Assembly (NCBI GenBank): GCA_964234715.1
Contig: OZ174277.1
DNA from: Podarcis melisellensis
Lineage: Eukaryota
Length of the DNA stretch: 64,000 bases
Direction: 5' to 3' (one strand)
Numbering within the stretch: position 1 is the first letter of the stretch; the number at the start of each line of letters is the position of its first letter. This document shows, one piece after another, positions 22,804 to 34,492 of the stretch. Both the position numbers and the translations under genes were made by a program. The notes below the pieces were generated by a model, which was not told where the DNA came from, ran no database searches, and worked only from the letters and a program-made list of their open reading frames with translations.

Positions 22804-22956
22804 CATGGGCATAGCCAATGGTGGGCTTGGGGGGCAAGGGGCAGCTAGTTCCACAAATATTATTGAAAAACATTGAAAGTTCTCAATTATCTGAGCTTCT
22901 GCCCCCTCAGCAATGTCCTATTCACCCCAATAACAAAAATCCTGGCTATGCCCATG
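22804..22956. mobile_element. hAT-type MITE
   Basis: Perfect 14-bp TIR CATGGGCATAGCCA. 8-bp flanks GGCATTGG/GGTGTTGG are both derivable from GGCGTTGG by CpG decay. Confidence 0.75.
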
Positions 22957-23970
22957 GGTGTTGGTAATGTCACTGAAGCCTATGATGTCAACAAACCATT
23001 TACTAACCAGCTTTGAAGCTGTACCCATCTCTTAAAAGTGGGTTCCTTGCATTTTGATCAGTAATATGCCTAATAAGAAAGGTGAAATACACCTAAATAT
23101 AATACAAATTCATGTACAATCAAAATAAAGCTTAAACGGTTAAACCTAAACAATTAGTTGCTAACTAGACAGTCTTAAGATTTATTATTATATAAAAAGC
23201 AGATATAAATGTTAATGGATGAGGTTTACCAGATCTGTTATTTTGAAATTGCTATGTATTGTATCGGAGAAAGACTCTAAAACAGAAAATTTACATTATG
23301 ACATCGATCCTATAATTCCCAATTCCTTGCCCAGTATTGATTATTTTACAAAATATTTTTGCTGTTTTCAGCATACTGAAACTCCTAATGACTGCTTCCA
23401 ACGGCTCCATGTAGGTATTACATAGAATTTGGGATAAGATATTTCCAAGTAAACGTACATTGGATTGGGCTGCATCTGGAGTCCAGAGCCAAAAGCTTCC
23501 ACGCGCACCTTTAGCTCTCTAAAAGTAATCAGATACCTTTGTCATTCTGAGTAATGGTAACACACTAAATCTCTTTTCCTTTTTATTTCGAACATTTGTA
23601 CTGCACTTTTTGGCCAAAAGGGCTCCCAGAGTGCTTTGCATACAAACGAAATAAGAAAGTCCCTACCCACAGGCTTATAATCTTGAAAGAAAAATTACAT
23701 GACACACAAGGGAAGAGTGATGCAGAGGGATGGGGAAATATATCACAGATTTCTAAACAGTGTACCAGGTAGCAGAGTTCCAGGGGCATGGCGTGTCTGA
23801 TGGAGCTGGGCGTCTAGCAAAGCTGATATAATGAGCCCCGTCGCTCCCTTTGTCTCTCCCTCTGAGGCAGCCTAATGGAGTGGCTGCTCCCAGGTGAGGG
23901 GAGAGGAGGCCTGATGGAGCTGACCTCTCACAGCTGTTGATGATCTTTCCAGGTGATGAATAAGGATTTA

Positions 23971-24880
23971 ATTTGGAGGCCACGCTCCTCTGGGCAGGAC
24001 ACGAGGCTCTTTCTGCAAGAGACGTGCGTGCGTCTTAGCAGAGAGGAAGGAAAAGATGCTCCACCAAGGAGACTGGCTTCTGCAACAGCTGAAAGCCAAG
24101 TGTGCATTTGGGGGGGGGGTGCTTGTGTCTGTTTGGCGGGGCAGCCCCCTTTTTTCCTCTCTCCCTCGTTCTGCCGCTTTGCAAGGAAGTGACTGAGAGG
24201 AGCGTTTTCCTTTTGCGAAGGGACCCACCCCGAGGGCGGAGCCTGCCTTCCTCTTTGCTCTCGCCCAGCGCCGATGCCGAGGGCTGCCTTGCGCCAGGTA
24301 CGTGTCCCGGCAACTCTTCTTCGCAGCTTCCTTCTGGGGAAGGGAGAGGGGAGGGCAGCCCTGGTCCTGTCTGAGCGCAGAAGCGTCTCCAGTGGATGCA
24401 AGCTTAGGTCTCAGCAGGGAGAGAGTTTTGGGTGCTTTGGAGCCAGCCGTGTCAGTGGAAAGAGCTCGCTCGCATTAGTGGGATTTTCCTTCTGCTCTCT
24501 CGAGTCCGTATCTCCATTCATTGTGTGGGGCGGGGGGAGGCCGGGCGGCTGGAGGCAACGAGCATCTTCCTGCTACATGTTGGCTCCCTTGTGCTCCGTG
24601 CAGCATGCTCTGCTCCAGCTTCCCTTCTTCCCCGTTTCCATGGAAACACCAGGCCAGACCATCGTCACCATATAGACTTGTGTGTTTCGAATGGGTGCGT
24701 TTGTGTCAGGGTCGGACACGCGTTGGTTGCCTTCTCACGTTCGGCGAGGAGAAGGTCGGGGAGGGAACGAGGTTGCTCAGGAAACGGCCGCTTTGCTGAA
24801 GTTGCTTTGCCATCCACCAACGGGAGGTGGTGGTTGTCTAAAATAATCCGCTTTGGCTGATGAAATGCAACAGGGTGCTC
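23971..24880 (+). promoter_or_regulatory. AGPAT4: CpG-island promoter, distal copy, with putative non-coding exon 1 ending at 24297
   Basis: CpG-rich in a CpG-poor background. ETS AGGAAGTG at 24184, GC box GGGCGG at 24234-24239, donor CAG|GTACGT at 24297/24298, palindromic X-box at 24634-24647. Upstream of the first coding exon. Confidence 0.65.
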
Positions 24881-27800
24881 AAGGAGACGCAGCCTTTCTC
24901 TCCCCAGATGTCTCTCCCTAGATCTGTAATTGTGGATTCAGCATTTTAGAGCCAAGGGTGGGAATTGCTGCTTGCCTGTGTCAAGTTGTCCCAGAATGGA
25001 GGAGTTTTTCCTGCCACTGTCAAGAATGTTTGCTAGTGCTGCTTCTAGGGCAGCAAAAAAAAAAAAACCAACAAAAACCTGACAGTGATCTACCCATTGT
25101 CATTGGATGGAGAAGGAGGGTGCATGGGGTGGGTGGATTGCCCAGATTTGTTGAGCTTTGCTTTTTTTTTCTTCTTTTTTTTTTTGCAGAGGATTGCCCA
25201 GAGTTCTTCAGCTTCTATTTGTTAACATTTGGTAAACTTTATTTAATCCCACGATCAATAAAGGTCCCGCGATCTACCAGGATCAGCCAACCTGTAGATC
25301 ACAATCTGTTGCTTGGACATTTCTGTTCTAGGGTATTTTTGTTGCAAAACTTTGTGGTTTTGTGTGAACTGTTATTGATTACTGGTATTGGTGGCAAGAT
25401 AACATAATGCATCATGTGATAATAAGGATTGTCTAAACTTAAGAATGAGTAAAATTCCTGTTCCTTTTGTTTAGGACCTTAACATTCTTGGGTTCTTTCT
25501 GTGAAATTATTCCCAAGGTTTAAAGGAGCAGAACAGAGCAGCTTCCATAGGGTTATTCAAGCTGCCCTTTGTGGCTCCTTTTGAACTTCAGAGGTTTTTG
25601 AACTCCAGGGATGCAATGCATCTTAATTTAAATCAGTGTAGTTAATGGAACATGCATAGCATCCTATGCAGAAGCCCCTCATAGTTATTAGCCCATTAAC
25701 TTCAGTGGGCAGCTGTGACCAACTGCAAAGAGCCAGGCTGTACTCTAGCTGAAGTTTGGCTATGCTGCCTTAACTGACTAGAGAAATTTACTTAAAGGCA
25801 ACTTTCAGGTCACAGCTGCACAGGTGTTTACTTTTAGGGAGGGCAACTGCATACCTCAAATAATCTCTGCATTTCTCAAAGTACTGCACCTTCAGAATAT
25901 GCTGGTTGTGGGCTGGTTGAACTGTAGGCAGAATAGCTGCTGAGTTGGTAATGCAATCTGCTCTGTATTTGTTTGTTAAAAGCAATACTTCCTGTAGCTT
26001 TTGTTCAACACTGCTTTGATGTTAAACCAGGAAGTGCAGAAAGCAACCATGGAAACAATCTTAGTGTTCTGGGATAGATCTTTGTCCTATTTGACTTATA
26101 CAGGAGAGCTTAGTGGATATTACATTTCCACCCTCCCCACCACTCGATGTCTGCAGCTCAGGGAGAAGCCACAATGCCCTCAAGGCTTGTGTCTGCACCT
26201 GGGGTAGTGAAATGGAATTGGTGCTAGTCCAAAAACATTTTGCTTCCTGGAGTCCAAATGGTACTGCAGCCCCCCACCCACCCACAGAGGTATTGCTGCA
26301 CCATTCAGACACCAACCAAGCCTTGCCTTTATCTTCTACCCCTGCCCCAGTGCCACCTGAAGCAAGTCTATTCAGTGTGATGCATGCCAGCACTGGCCTT
26401 GGTTGGGATACATTTTGACCTTGTTTGCATGTAGCACTAAACCATAGCTCAGCATATGAGAATGAGTTGCAATAAGCTGGGTAGTGCACTCCCTTTCTGT
26501 CTTTGGCATGGTTACAAGGAGCTTGGAAGCTTTTTCTGTTTTAGATTAACCACTGTTTGTGATTTTTACTGAAACCAAGACAAGCTGTTTTGGTTAGTTT
26601 ATGAATCTGATTTGTTTTTGTTAACCACAGTTTAGGGTTTTGAATGCAATGTTAAACTGTATTTGAAGCCCTGCAACTTATGCAGGGCAGTGGTGGAGGG
26701 GAGGAGTCCTAAGATGAGGGTGAATATAAACACTGGTGGAGCAACAAAACATGAGGCATAAAGCAGCAGCTGTTAACACGAGAGAGGAGAGTCCCAGGCA
26801 GGAAATGAAGGGGAGACTACACAGACGATCATATGACCAAGACACATGAAAGAGACATGGAGTGAGCAAGTGGGTGAGTTTGGGAGAGTAATAGAAAAAC
26901 GTCATGGAAGAATGTGAGCAAAGATGTGTGTATGCATGAGTGGAGGAAAGGATATGAATGTGCAGGTGATACAGCAAACTGAGTGAAAGGGGCTTGTGCA
27001 GTGGAGACAGCGTTGCTGTGTAAGTGGGAGGAAGAAAATGGAATGGAGAGGCAATGAGCAGAGTGAAGCTGTAACCTGCAAAGGAGCTGCTGGCGTGGCA
27101 GATTGCCAGGCTCTTCATACAAGGTACAGCAAGGGAAGCCATAGGGAATTAAGGCAGTAAGGACTAGGGGCTGGCTTCCCCAGAGGCGGGCAAGAGGAGC
27201 ACTCTAGAGACATTTGGGGCTCTCAGGATGAGAAAAAAGGGAGTAAAAGAAAACTCTCACACTAAGATTCATCTAGAATGGAGGCGCAGCATGCAAGCCA
27301 GAAGTTTGCTAGCTCATTTCTGTAATGCTAAACCATAGCTAAACATGGCCAGAAGAACATGTGGTTCTCCAGATGTTGTTGGACTCCACTCCAACCCCTC
27401 TCATCCTTGACCACTGTTTATAATGGCTGGGGCTGATGGGAGTCGGAGGACTCCTGGTAGAGGGAGGCTGGTCCACACTGATGGACAATGGGTCGCCAGG
27501 GTTAAAGGCAGAGGTCTTTCACAATTCTCCCTGGAGATGCAGGAGATTCAGTGGGGGACCTTCTGCACCTAAAGCTGGTGCTCTACTGAGCTATGGCTCT
27601 GACCTTGGTGAGTATCAAACACAGGAACCTGGCTAAAGGTTTTCTGAAGGGATGGAATAGAAGGAGGCCCTTCACTCAGTCCTCCCACCCTCACAGGCAC
27701 ACTTGGATGCAGGAGAGAGCCTTGTTGGTGGCTACTCCCAAACTTTGGTACTCCTTCCCTAGAGAAACTAGACTGGCTCCCTCCTTGTCCTTCTGCCAGC

Positions 27801-28493
27801 AGGTGAAGACCTTCTTGTTTTAGGAATGGACTGCTTTTAATGAAAGGGCTGGTTGTAATTACTGGTATGGGTTTAATAGATTTTGTGTATATATTTGATA
27901 CATTGATACATTTATCAATGTTTAATTCTTTTTTAATGATTCTTTTTTCTTTGTTTTTAGCAGTTCTTATTTTTTATTTCTAAGTCACTTTGAGTCCCAT
28001 CAGGGAAAAAGCTGGGGTATGCATAAAGATATAATCAATGTAATCCAGACTCTAGCCACAATGTCAATGTGATGAATCTGTGTTGCAAGCGAGGCATAAT
28101 TATTGTTTTGCATGCAGGTACTTTTCATGGATACTTATGTAAGAGACTATTACATTTCATCTAGCAAGCTGATCTGTGACCCTCATACTTCCAGAATTGA
28201 TTCAGAGCTCTTACATTCCCTACTTCCTTGCAAAATGGAATTAAGATTATGGGATTTTAAAATACAGTATTATGGGTTTCAATGAATTTATTTTGGTTCC
28301 TGAAGTTGTGTACATACTGGGGTTGCATTGGAAATCTTTGCTCATAGTAAATTGAGGGCTAGGAATTAAACTATTTCAGAAAACTGTAGTGCAAAATGTG
28401 ATCAGGTGGAGTTCTGCCATGACCTTCAGAAAGTACAAAGCTTCATTCATTCTTCCTTGTTTGTACTTAAGGGCACCCTGCTGCACTTATATA

Positions 28494-28737
28494 CAGTGGT
28501 ACCTCTGGATGCGAATGGGATCCATTCCGGAGCCCCGTTCGCATCCTGGAGCGAACGCTACCCGTTTCTGCATGGGTCGTGACTCGCCGCTTCCGCGCAT
28601 GTGTGTGACGTCATTTTGAGCATCTGTGCATGCGCGAGCAGCGAAACCCGGAAGTAACGCACTCCATTACTTCCGGGTCGCCACAGAGCGTAACCTGAAA
28701 ATGCTCAACCTGAAGCACATTTAACCCGAGGTATAAC
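28494..28737 (+). mobile_element. Tc1/mariner-type MITE, related subfamily, right TIR damaged
   Basis: TA-CAGTGGTACCTC start and AACCTGAA/AACCCGAGGTA end motifs. Confidence 0.7.
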
Positions 28738-29214
28738 ATGGAGACTTGAGTAGTGGATTTGACTAGTGCTACAAACTGCAGGAAGGAGAATGCTCGGATC
28801 CTGCTTGTGTGCTTACCTTGGACATCTGGTTGGCCTCTGTAAGAACAGGCTGCTGAACTAGAAGGGTTCCTGGCCTGATCGAGGAGGGCTGCTCTTAAGT
28901 TTTTATGCTTCCATATTAGGATCTTTAATGTTGTTGAGAATTTGCTTTTCTACTATGCTGGCCTCTTCTGGGAAGCAGGGTGGTGCGGCGGGGCAGAGAG
29001 CAATTGCCAAAGGAAGATGTAAAGCCCACACACAGCTTGTGAAGTGCTCCCCAGCTGCTGCTTCCATGAGGAGCCCCTCAAAACTGGCAACCTCTAATTG
29101 AAATGTAATAGAGGAATTAACATTGCAGTGTGGTACTGCAAACAGGAAATGGTAGGGCTTCATTAACCATGTCATCATTAGACCACTCCTCCTGTCAGTT
29201 GTCCCAATTCTTAA

Positions 29215-29530
29215 GAAGAATATGAGAAGAGCCTTGCTTGATCAGGCCAAAGACCAATGAACTCCAGAATCCTGTTCTCACAGCAGCCAACCAGATGCCC
29301 ATGGGAAGCCTTCAAGCAGCACTTGAATGTGATAGCATGCTTCCTACTTGCGCTCCCAACAACTTGTATTCAGAACCCTTCTGCCTCTGATACTGGAGGC
29401 AGTGCATAGCCCTCATGGCTAGAAGCCATTAATAGCCTTATCCTCCTCGAATTTGTCTAATTCATTTAAAAAACCATCCATGTTTGTGACCATCACTGCA
29501 TCTTGTGTCAAATTCCAGAGATAAGCTCTG
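29215..29530 (-). mobile_element. Old CR1-like LINE 3' fragment (related pieces at ~3020-3200 and ~28740-28900 on +)
   Basis: Reverse strand reads QDAVMVTNMDGFLNELDKFEEDKAINGF, typical of the CR1 ORF2 end. Confidence 0.7.
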
Positions 29531-32500
29531 CGTTGTGTAATCAACAACTTCATTTTGTGCATCCTGGATCTTCCAATTTTCCGCTTTACTGAATGATGCT
29601 GGGTAATATTGTGAGAGGAGGAGATTGCATTTCCATTCAAAAGGTGGGTGATGGGCAGAAATGGTAAACCCTAAAGCTTTTGAGGTCTGAGAAAAAGGGG
29701 AAGAACTACAGGGAAAGCATAAGGGGGGGAGCAATGTTTCCACGATGATATGCTCTGTAAAACGTGAGTAAACACACAGTGGTAACACAGTAAATGTATA
29801 GTGTGGAAGTACCATGACTGTCTTGCAGGAAATAATTGTTACCTAGAGTTAGTGGTCAACTGTGGAAGCCATAGGAAGAATGGGGTGAGTATAGCCTGTG
29901 TGGTTTTCAACCTGGAGTGCTGTTATCATTGCATATCTGGGTTTTTGGGGAGAGCCTTTGGCAAACATTAGCAGCAGAAAGACACAAATTGAGTTCTTTC
30001 CCAAACTGCAACTGGCTGAAACCAAAAGGTGGTGTCAGGATTGTTTCACAGTGGTGTGCTCAAAGATCTCTCCATCAAAAGTTAAAAGATTGTCATGTTA
30101 AGTGGGTTGATAGAGTTCTGTTGAAAAGTGAAGTGGTGCTGATTTTTTCTTTTAGAAGAAGAGCTTTGAATTTATTATTGTGACGCTGAAAGCTAAGTCT
30201 TTCTTCATATTTATCTTGTGTATTTCTGGCTTCTTCCATATAGCTTGATTAGTATGTTGAACTGCTAGACTACTTGTTGTAAAAATCAATTTTGGTACGT
30301 ATGTTGTGTTAACAGTGTGTATGTGTGAAGAAAAGTATAATATAGAAAGAGGGCTATTGGTGTGTCCCTTCCATCTTTGCAGTTTGATTGAGATACATGT
30401 ACTGCTGAACTGAACCCAGGCTCAACCATCGGTCTTGCCCATTTTATTTCTTCCTCTCTCTTGACAGCGGTGTAGCTAGCCGCTTGGGTGCAGTGCGTGT
30501 CCTGCAGCCGGGGGCAGGGCACACTGCGTGGAGCCTCTTTGCTGCCTCCCCCTCAGCTGTAGGGTGGCTGAGGGAGAGCTGGTGGGCAGACACAAGTCCC
30601 ACGCTGTTGTTGCAGGCAGCATGAAGCCTGGAGGCACCCAAGCCACCACAACACTCCCAGGAGAAACGTGTGGCTCAGGCACGCTGCAGGCCCCATGGTA
30701 AGTGCTGGCCCGCGCGGTGTGGCACCCAGTGCCAGCCACATTTCATTATGTTTGTTGACAGAACTAAAAAGTTTTGTGAGCCCAGTTTTTTAAAAAACTC
30801 ATATTTTTGTCATTTTGTCATCCCCTCAGTGATGACACCCAGGGTGGACTGTACCCCCCATTCCTCTGCCACTGTCTCTCAACTACATCCTAAGTTTGCT
30901 GTCCCATTATTGCTGTTTTTCATTAGTTTATTCTGTGTGCTTTGTTTCATTTGAAAGCTTAAAATGAGTTTTATCACCCAATGGGTACTTCATATGACAC
31001 AATATTCCAGATAGTTGTCTCTCCCATTGTAGGGGAAAGTGTGTACAATGTGTCATTAAATGACATTTCAGTGTGTGTGCCAGTTTTTGCAGCATATACC
31101 ACAGATGTGAACCTATAGCCAGGCACACCTTCCTGTTGTGTGAGTGCATGGTGAAATGGGTACATGCATGCTTCCTATATGATACGGAAGCAATACTCGG
31201 GTCATCATCATACACTGCCTCTTTTCCTCTTGACTACTCTTGAGAAGGCTCAGATTATTATGGTACTTTCCACCCTTTTTAAAACTTGGTGAGGTTTTCT
31301 GTGCTTTCTGTTACTACAAGACCAAGGGTCAAGCTTGAATTATTGGGTGTGGGAGAAATGGGGGCACCGCCTCCAAGTTTAACTCAAACATTCCCTTCTA
31401 AAAGGATTAGAAAGAGAGGCTTTGTACATGAAAGCTCATACCAAGAACAAACTTAGTTGGTCTCTAAGCTGCTACTGGACATTTTTTAAAAATATATTTG
31501 CAAAATGTAATAGGGTTGGCCCCTGCCAACAACCCCCCCCCCCCCGTAATTTGAGCAGTAAACTGGAACATTCAGCTCCAGCAATAGAACTGTGTGTCAT
31601 TACTTTGGATTATTCCCTGGCACCATGGGATATGTGGTGGAGAGGGAATTGTCTGAGTAGTCAAGCTCATAGGCCCCATGGGAGATAAAGCTACTTACAT
31701 AGTTTTAAATTAGAGTATCCTTTATTAGAATCTGTGACAGCTCTCAGCCGTACCATGGGTCCTGTGCCATGTGGGGAAGGGAGATCTGGTGTAACAGAGT
31801 GTACCCAGGGATACAAACAGGATTTCCTGGACCCAGGACACTGTATGTGGATTGGGCCCCCTGCATTGCCCCCCCACACACACTGCAGACAATCTGTTGA
31901 CAAGAACTGCTGCATATGCTAGTCCATGTTTCATAGCCCTGAGAGTGACAGCAAAATACCCACACAAGACAAACAAAACATTTGCCAACCATGACAAATA
32001 AAACAAGCAAATGTATTACTCTATAGTTAGGTGCAGTTTCACAACTGTCTCCTGCAGTGCCAGTGCATGCTTCTTGGAGGCAGGATCTGTCACCTCTTCT
32101 ACAGCTTCCCCCAAGGCTGCCTCTTGGTGAATAGGAGGCAATGCTGGTCTCCTCCCACCTTTGTTCCTAAGATAGATCTTTACTCTCCCCCATTATTCCT
32201 GATGGAGCTCTTCATTCACCACTTCTTCACTGGCCAGGGAAGAGGGCATTTTGTGGTTCACCTCAGGTGCCAAAATGTCTTGGGTCAGTCCTGTACTCGC
32301 CTGCAGTCCCTCCATCTTGCCAGGATTCAAGCTCAGCTTGCTTTTCCGCATCCATTTCACCACCAGGCCCAGGCAATGGTCCAGCGATGGCAATGCACAG
32401 CCCCTCCTGATTCAGATGTTTTGTTTTGTCTTAAATAATTTTTAATATCCTGATTCAGATGTTACAGATAAATAGAGCTGTCATCAGCAGACTGATGCCA

Positions 32501-32921
32501 CCTTGCTCTGAAACTCCTAATGACCATTCCCAGCAGCTTTATGTAGATATTACAGTAATTGGTTCTGGAGTCTCATACGGCACCTTATAGTATAGCCACC
32601 AGGGGCCCTTGAAGATTTTACCTTTAATGTGGCCATCTTTCGCACACATTTATGGGTGTGAGCTCTACTGAACACAGCAGGACTTACTTCCAAGTGACCA
32701 TACAATGGCTTGGGGCCTTGGACTGTATCTGGTGTCCAGAGCCAAAACCTTCCACACACCAGGTGGTGTGTAGTCAGAGATTTGTCATTCTGGGAAATGG
32801 TCGCACTCTAAATGTTTCCTTTTGTTAATGAACTTTCCAGGTGATGAGTAGTGGGGGGGGGGCGCATTTCCCCGTTTGTAATACTCACGGGCCATGTTTC
32901 ATTTAAATGAATAATGATCTG

Positions 32922-33937
32922 ATTTGGAGGCCACGCTCCTCTGGGCAGGACACGAGGCTCTTTCTGCAAGAGACGTGCGTGCGTCTTAGCAGAGGGGAAG
33001 GAAAAGATGCTCCACCAAGGAGACTGGCTTCTGCCACAGCTGAAAGCCAAGTGTGTATTTAGGGGGGGGTCTGCCTGTGTCTGTTTGGCGGGGCTTTGAG
33101 AAGGACAGAGGGAAGCAGCCCCCTTTTTTGTTTCTCTCCCTCCGGCGCTTTGCAAGGAAGTGACTGAGAGGAGCGTCAGCAAAGGAGCCTGTTTTCCTTT
33201 TGCGAAGGGACCCACCCCGAGGGCGGAGCCTGCCTTCCCTCCCCTCGCCGCTCGTGTCCCGCTTTTGCTCTCGCCACGCGCCGCTGCCGAGGGCTGCCTT
33301 GCGCCAGGTACGTGTCCCGGCAACTCTTCTTCGCAGCTTCCTTCTGGGGAAGGGAGAGGGGAGGGCAGCCCTGGTCCTCTCTGAGCGCAGAAGCGTCTCC
33401 AGTGGATGCAAGCTTAGGTTTCAGCAGGGAGAGGGTTTTGGGTGCTTTGGAGCCGGCCGTGTCCGTGGAAGAGCTCGCTCGCATTAGTGGGATTTTCCTC
33501 CTGCTCTCTCGCGTCCGTATCTCCATTCATTGTGTGTGGGGGGCGGGGGGAGGCCGGGCAGCTGGAGGCAACGAGCATCTTCCTGCTACATGTTGGCTCC
33601 CTTGTGCTCCGTGCAGCATGCTCTGCTCCAGCTTCCCTTCTTCCCCGTTTCCATGGAAACACCAGACCATCGTCACCATATAGACTTCAGAATGACACCC
33701 GGCAATGTCCCTTGTGTGTTTCGGATGGGTGCGTTTGTGTCAGGGTCGGACACGCGTTGGTTGCCTTCTCACGTTCGGCGAGGAGAAGGTGGGGGAGGGA
33801 ACGGGGTTGCCCAGGAAAGCAGACATTTGTGACATTCTATGGACGGCCGCTTTGCTGAAGTTGCTTTGCCATCCACCAACGGGAGGTGGTGGTTGTCTAA
33901 ATAATGAGCTTTGGCTGATGAAATGCAACAGGGTGCT
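32922..33937 (+). promoter_or_regulatory. AGPAT4: CpG-island promoter, proximal copy, with putative non-coding exon 1 ending at 33307
   Basis: Near-identical to 23971-24880. ETS at 33155, GC box at 33221-33226, donor CAG|GTACGT at 33307/33308, X-box at 33647-33660. Confidence 0.7.
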
Positions 33938-34345
33938 CTAGCCTGCCTCTCCCCAGATCGTTGCTTCCACATTTTACAGCCAAGGGAGGAAATGGCCGGT
34001 GGGAATTGCTGCTCGACTGTGTGTCAAGTTGTGCCTGAATGAAGGGGCTTTCCTTGCCTCTGTCAAGAATGTTTGCTAGTGCTGCTTAAGACCAGGGCTG
34101 AGGAACCTGCGGCTGGCCAAATTTTGTTGCACTCCCGACTCGACTCAGCCCCTGACCCCCGGCCCCTGATCAGGCATGATGGGAGTTGCAGTCTGTTGAC
34201 AACTGCTGGACCACTAACCCTCTCCCTGAGTGGGTGATGACACAGCTGTTGGAGCAGATGTTTAGGTCCATTGGGCACTGCAGTTCTACAGAATAACATT
34301 TGCGTCCGACATGTACAAACAAGGAGAGAAGGATACTCTTGTAAG

Positions 34346-34492
34346 CAGTGGCGTAGCGTGGGGGGTGCAGGGGGGGCCGGCCGCACCGGGCGCAACATCT
34401 GGGGGTTAGGGTTAGGGGGCACAAATCCACAGGTTAGGGGGTGCAAATTACTTGCCTTGCCCCGGGTGCTGACAACCCACACTATGCCACTG
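34346..34492 (+). mobile_element. hAT-type MITE (family A)
   Basis: TIR CAGTGGCRTAG, perfect 8-bp TSD CTTGTAAG; inverted relative at 42964-43080. Confidence 0.88.

Noticed and set aside
23928-24860. Cluster of 80-157-aa ORFs on both strands (mirrored at 32808-33972)
   Set aside because: Expected in GC-rich CpG islands. Indels between the two copies shift frames freely, so there is no coding constraint, and there is no recognisable domain.
26680-27260. Purine-rich block with 154-aa and 97-aa - strand ORFs (similar texture at ~880-1160)
   Set aside because: Compositional bias explains the ORFs. May be an old LTR-like repeat, but no termini or TSD could be defined.
34400-34440. TTAGGG telomere-like repeats
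   Set aside because: Only 2-3 units, internal to a hAT MITE; not an interstitial telomeric array.
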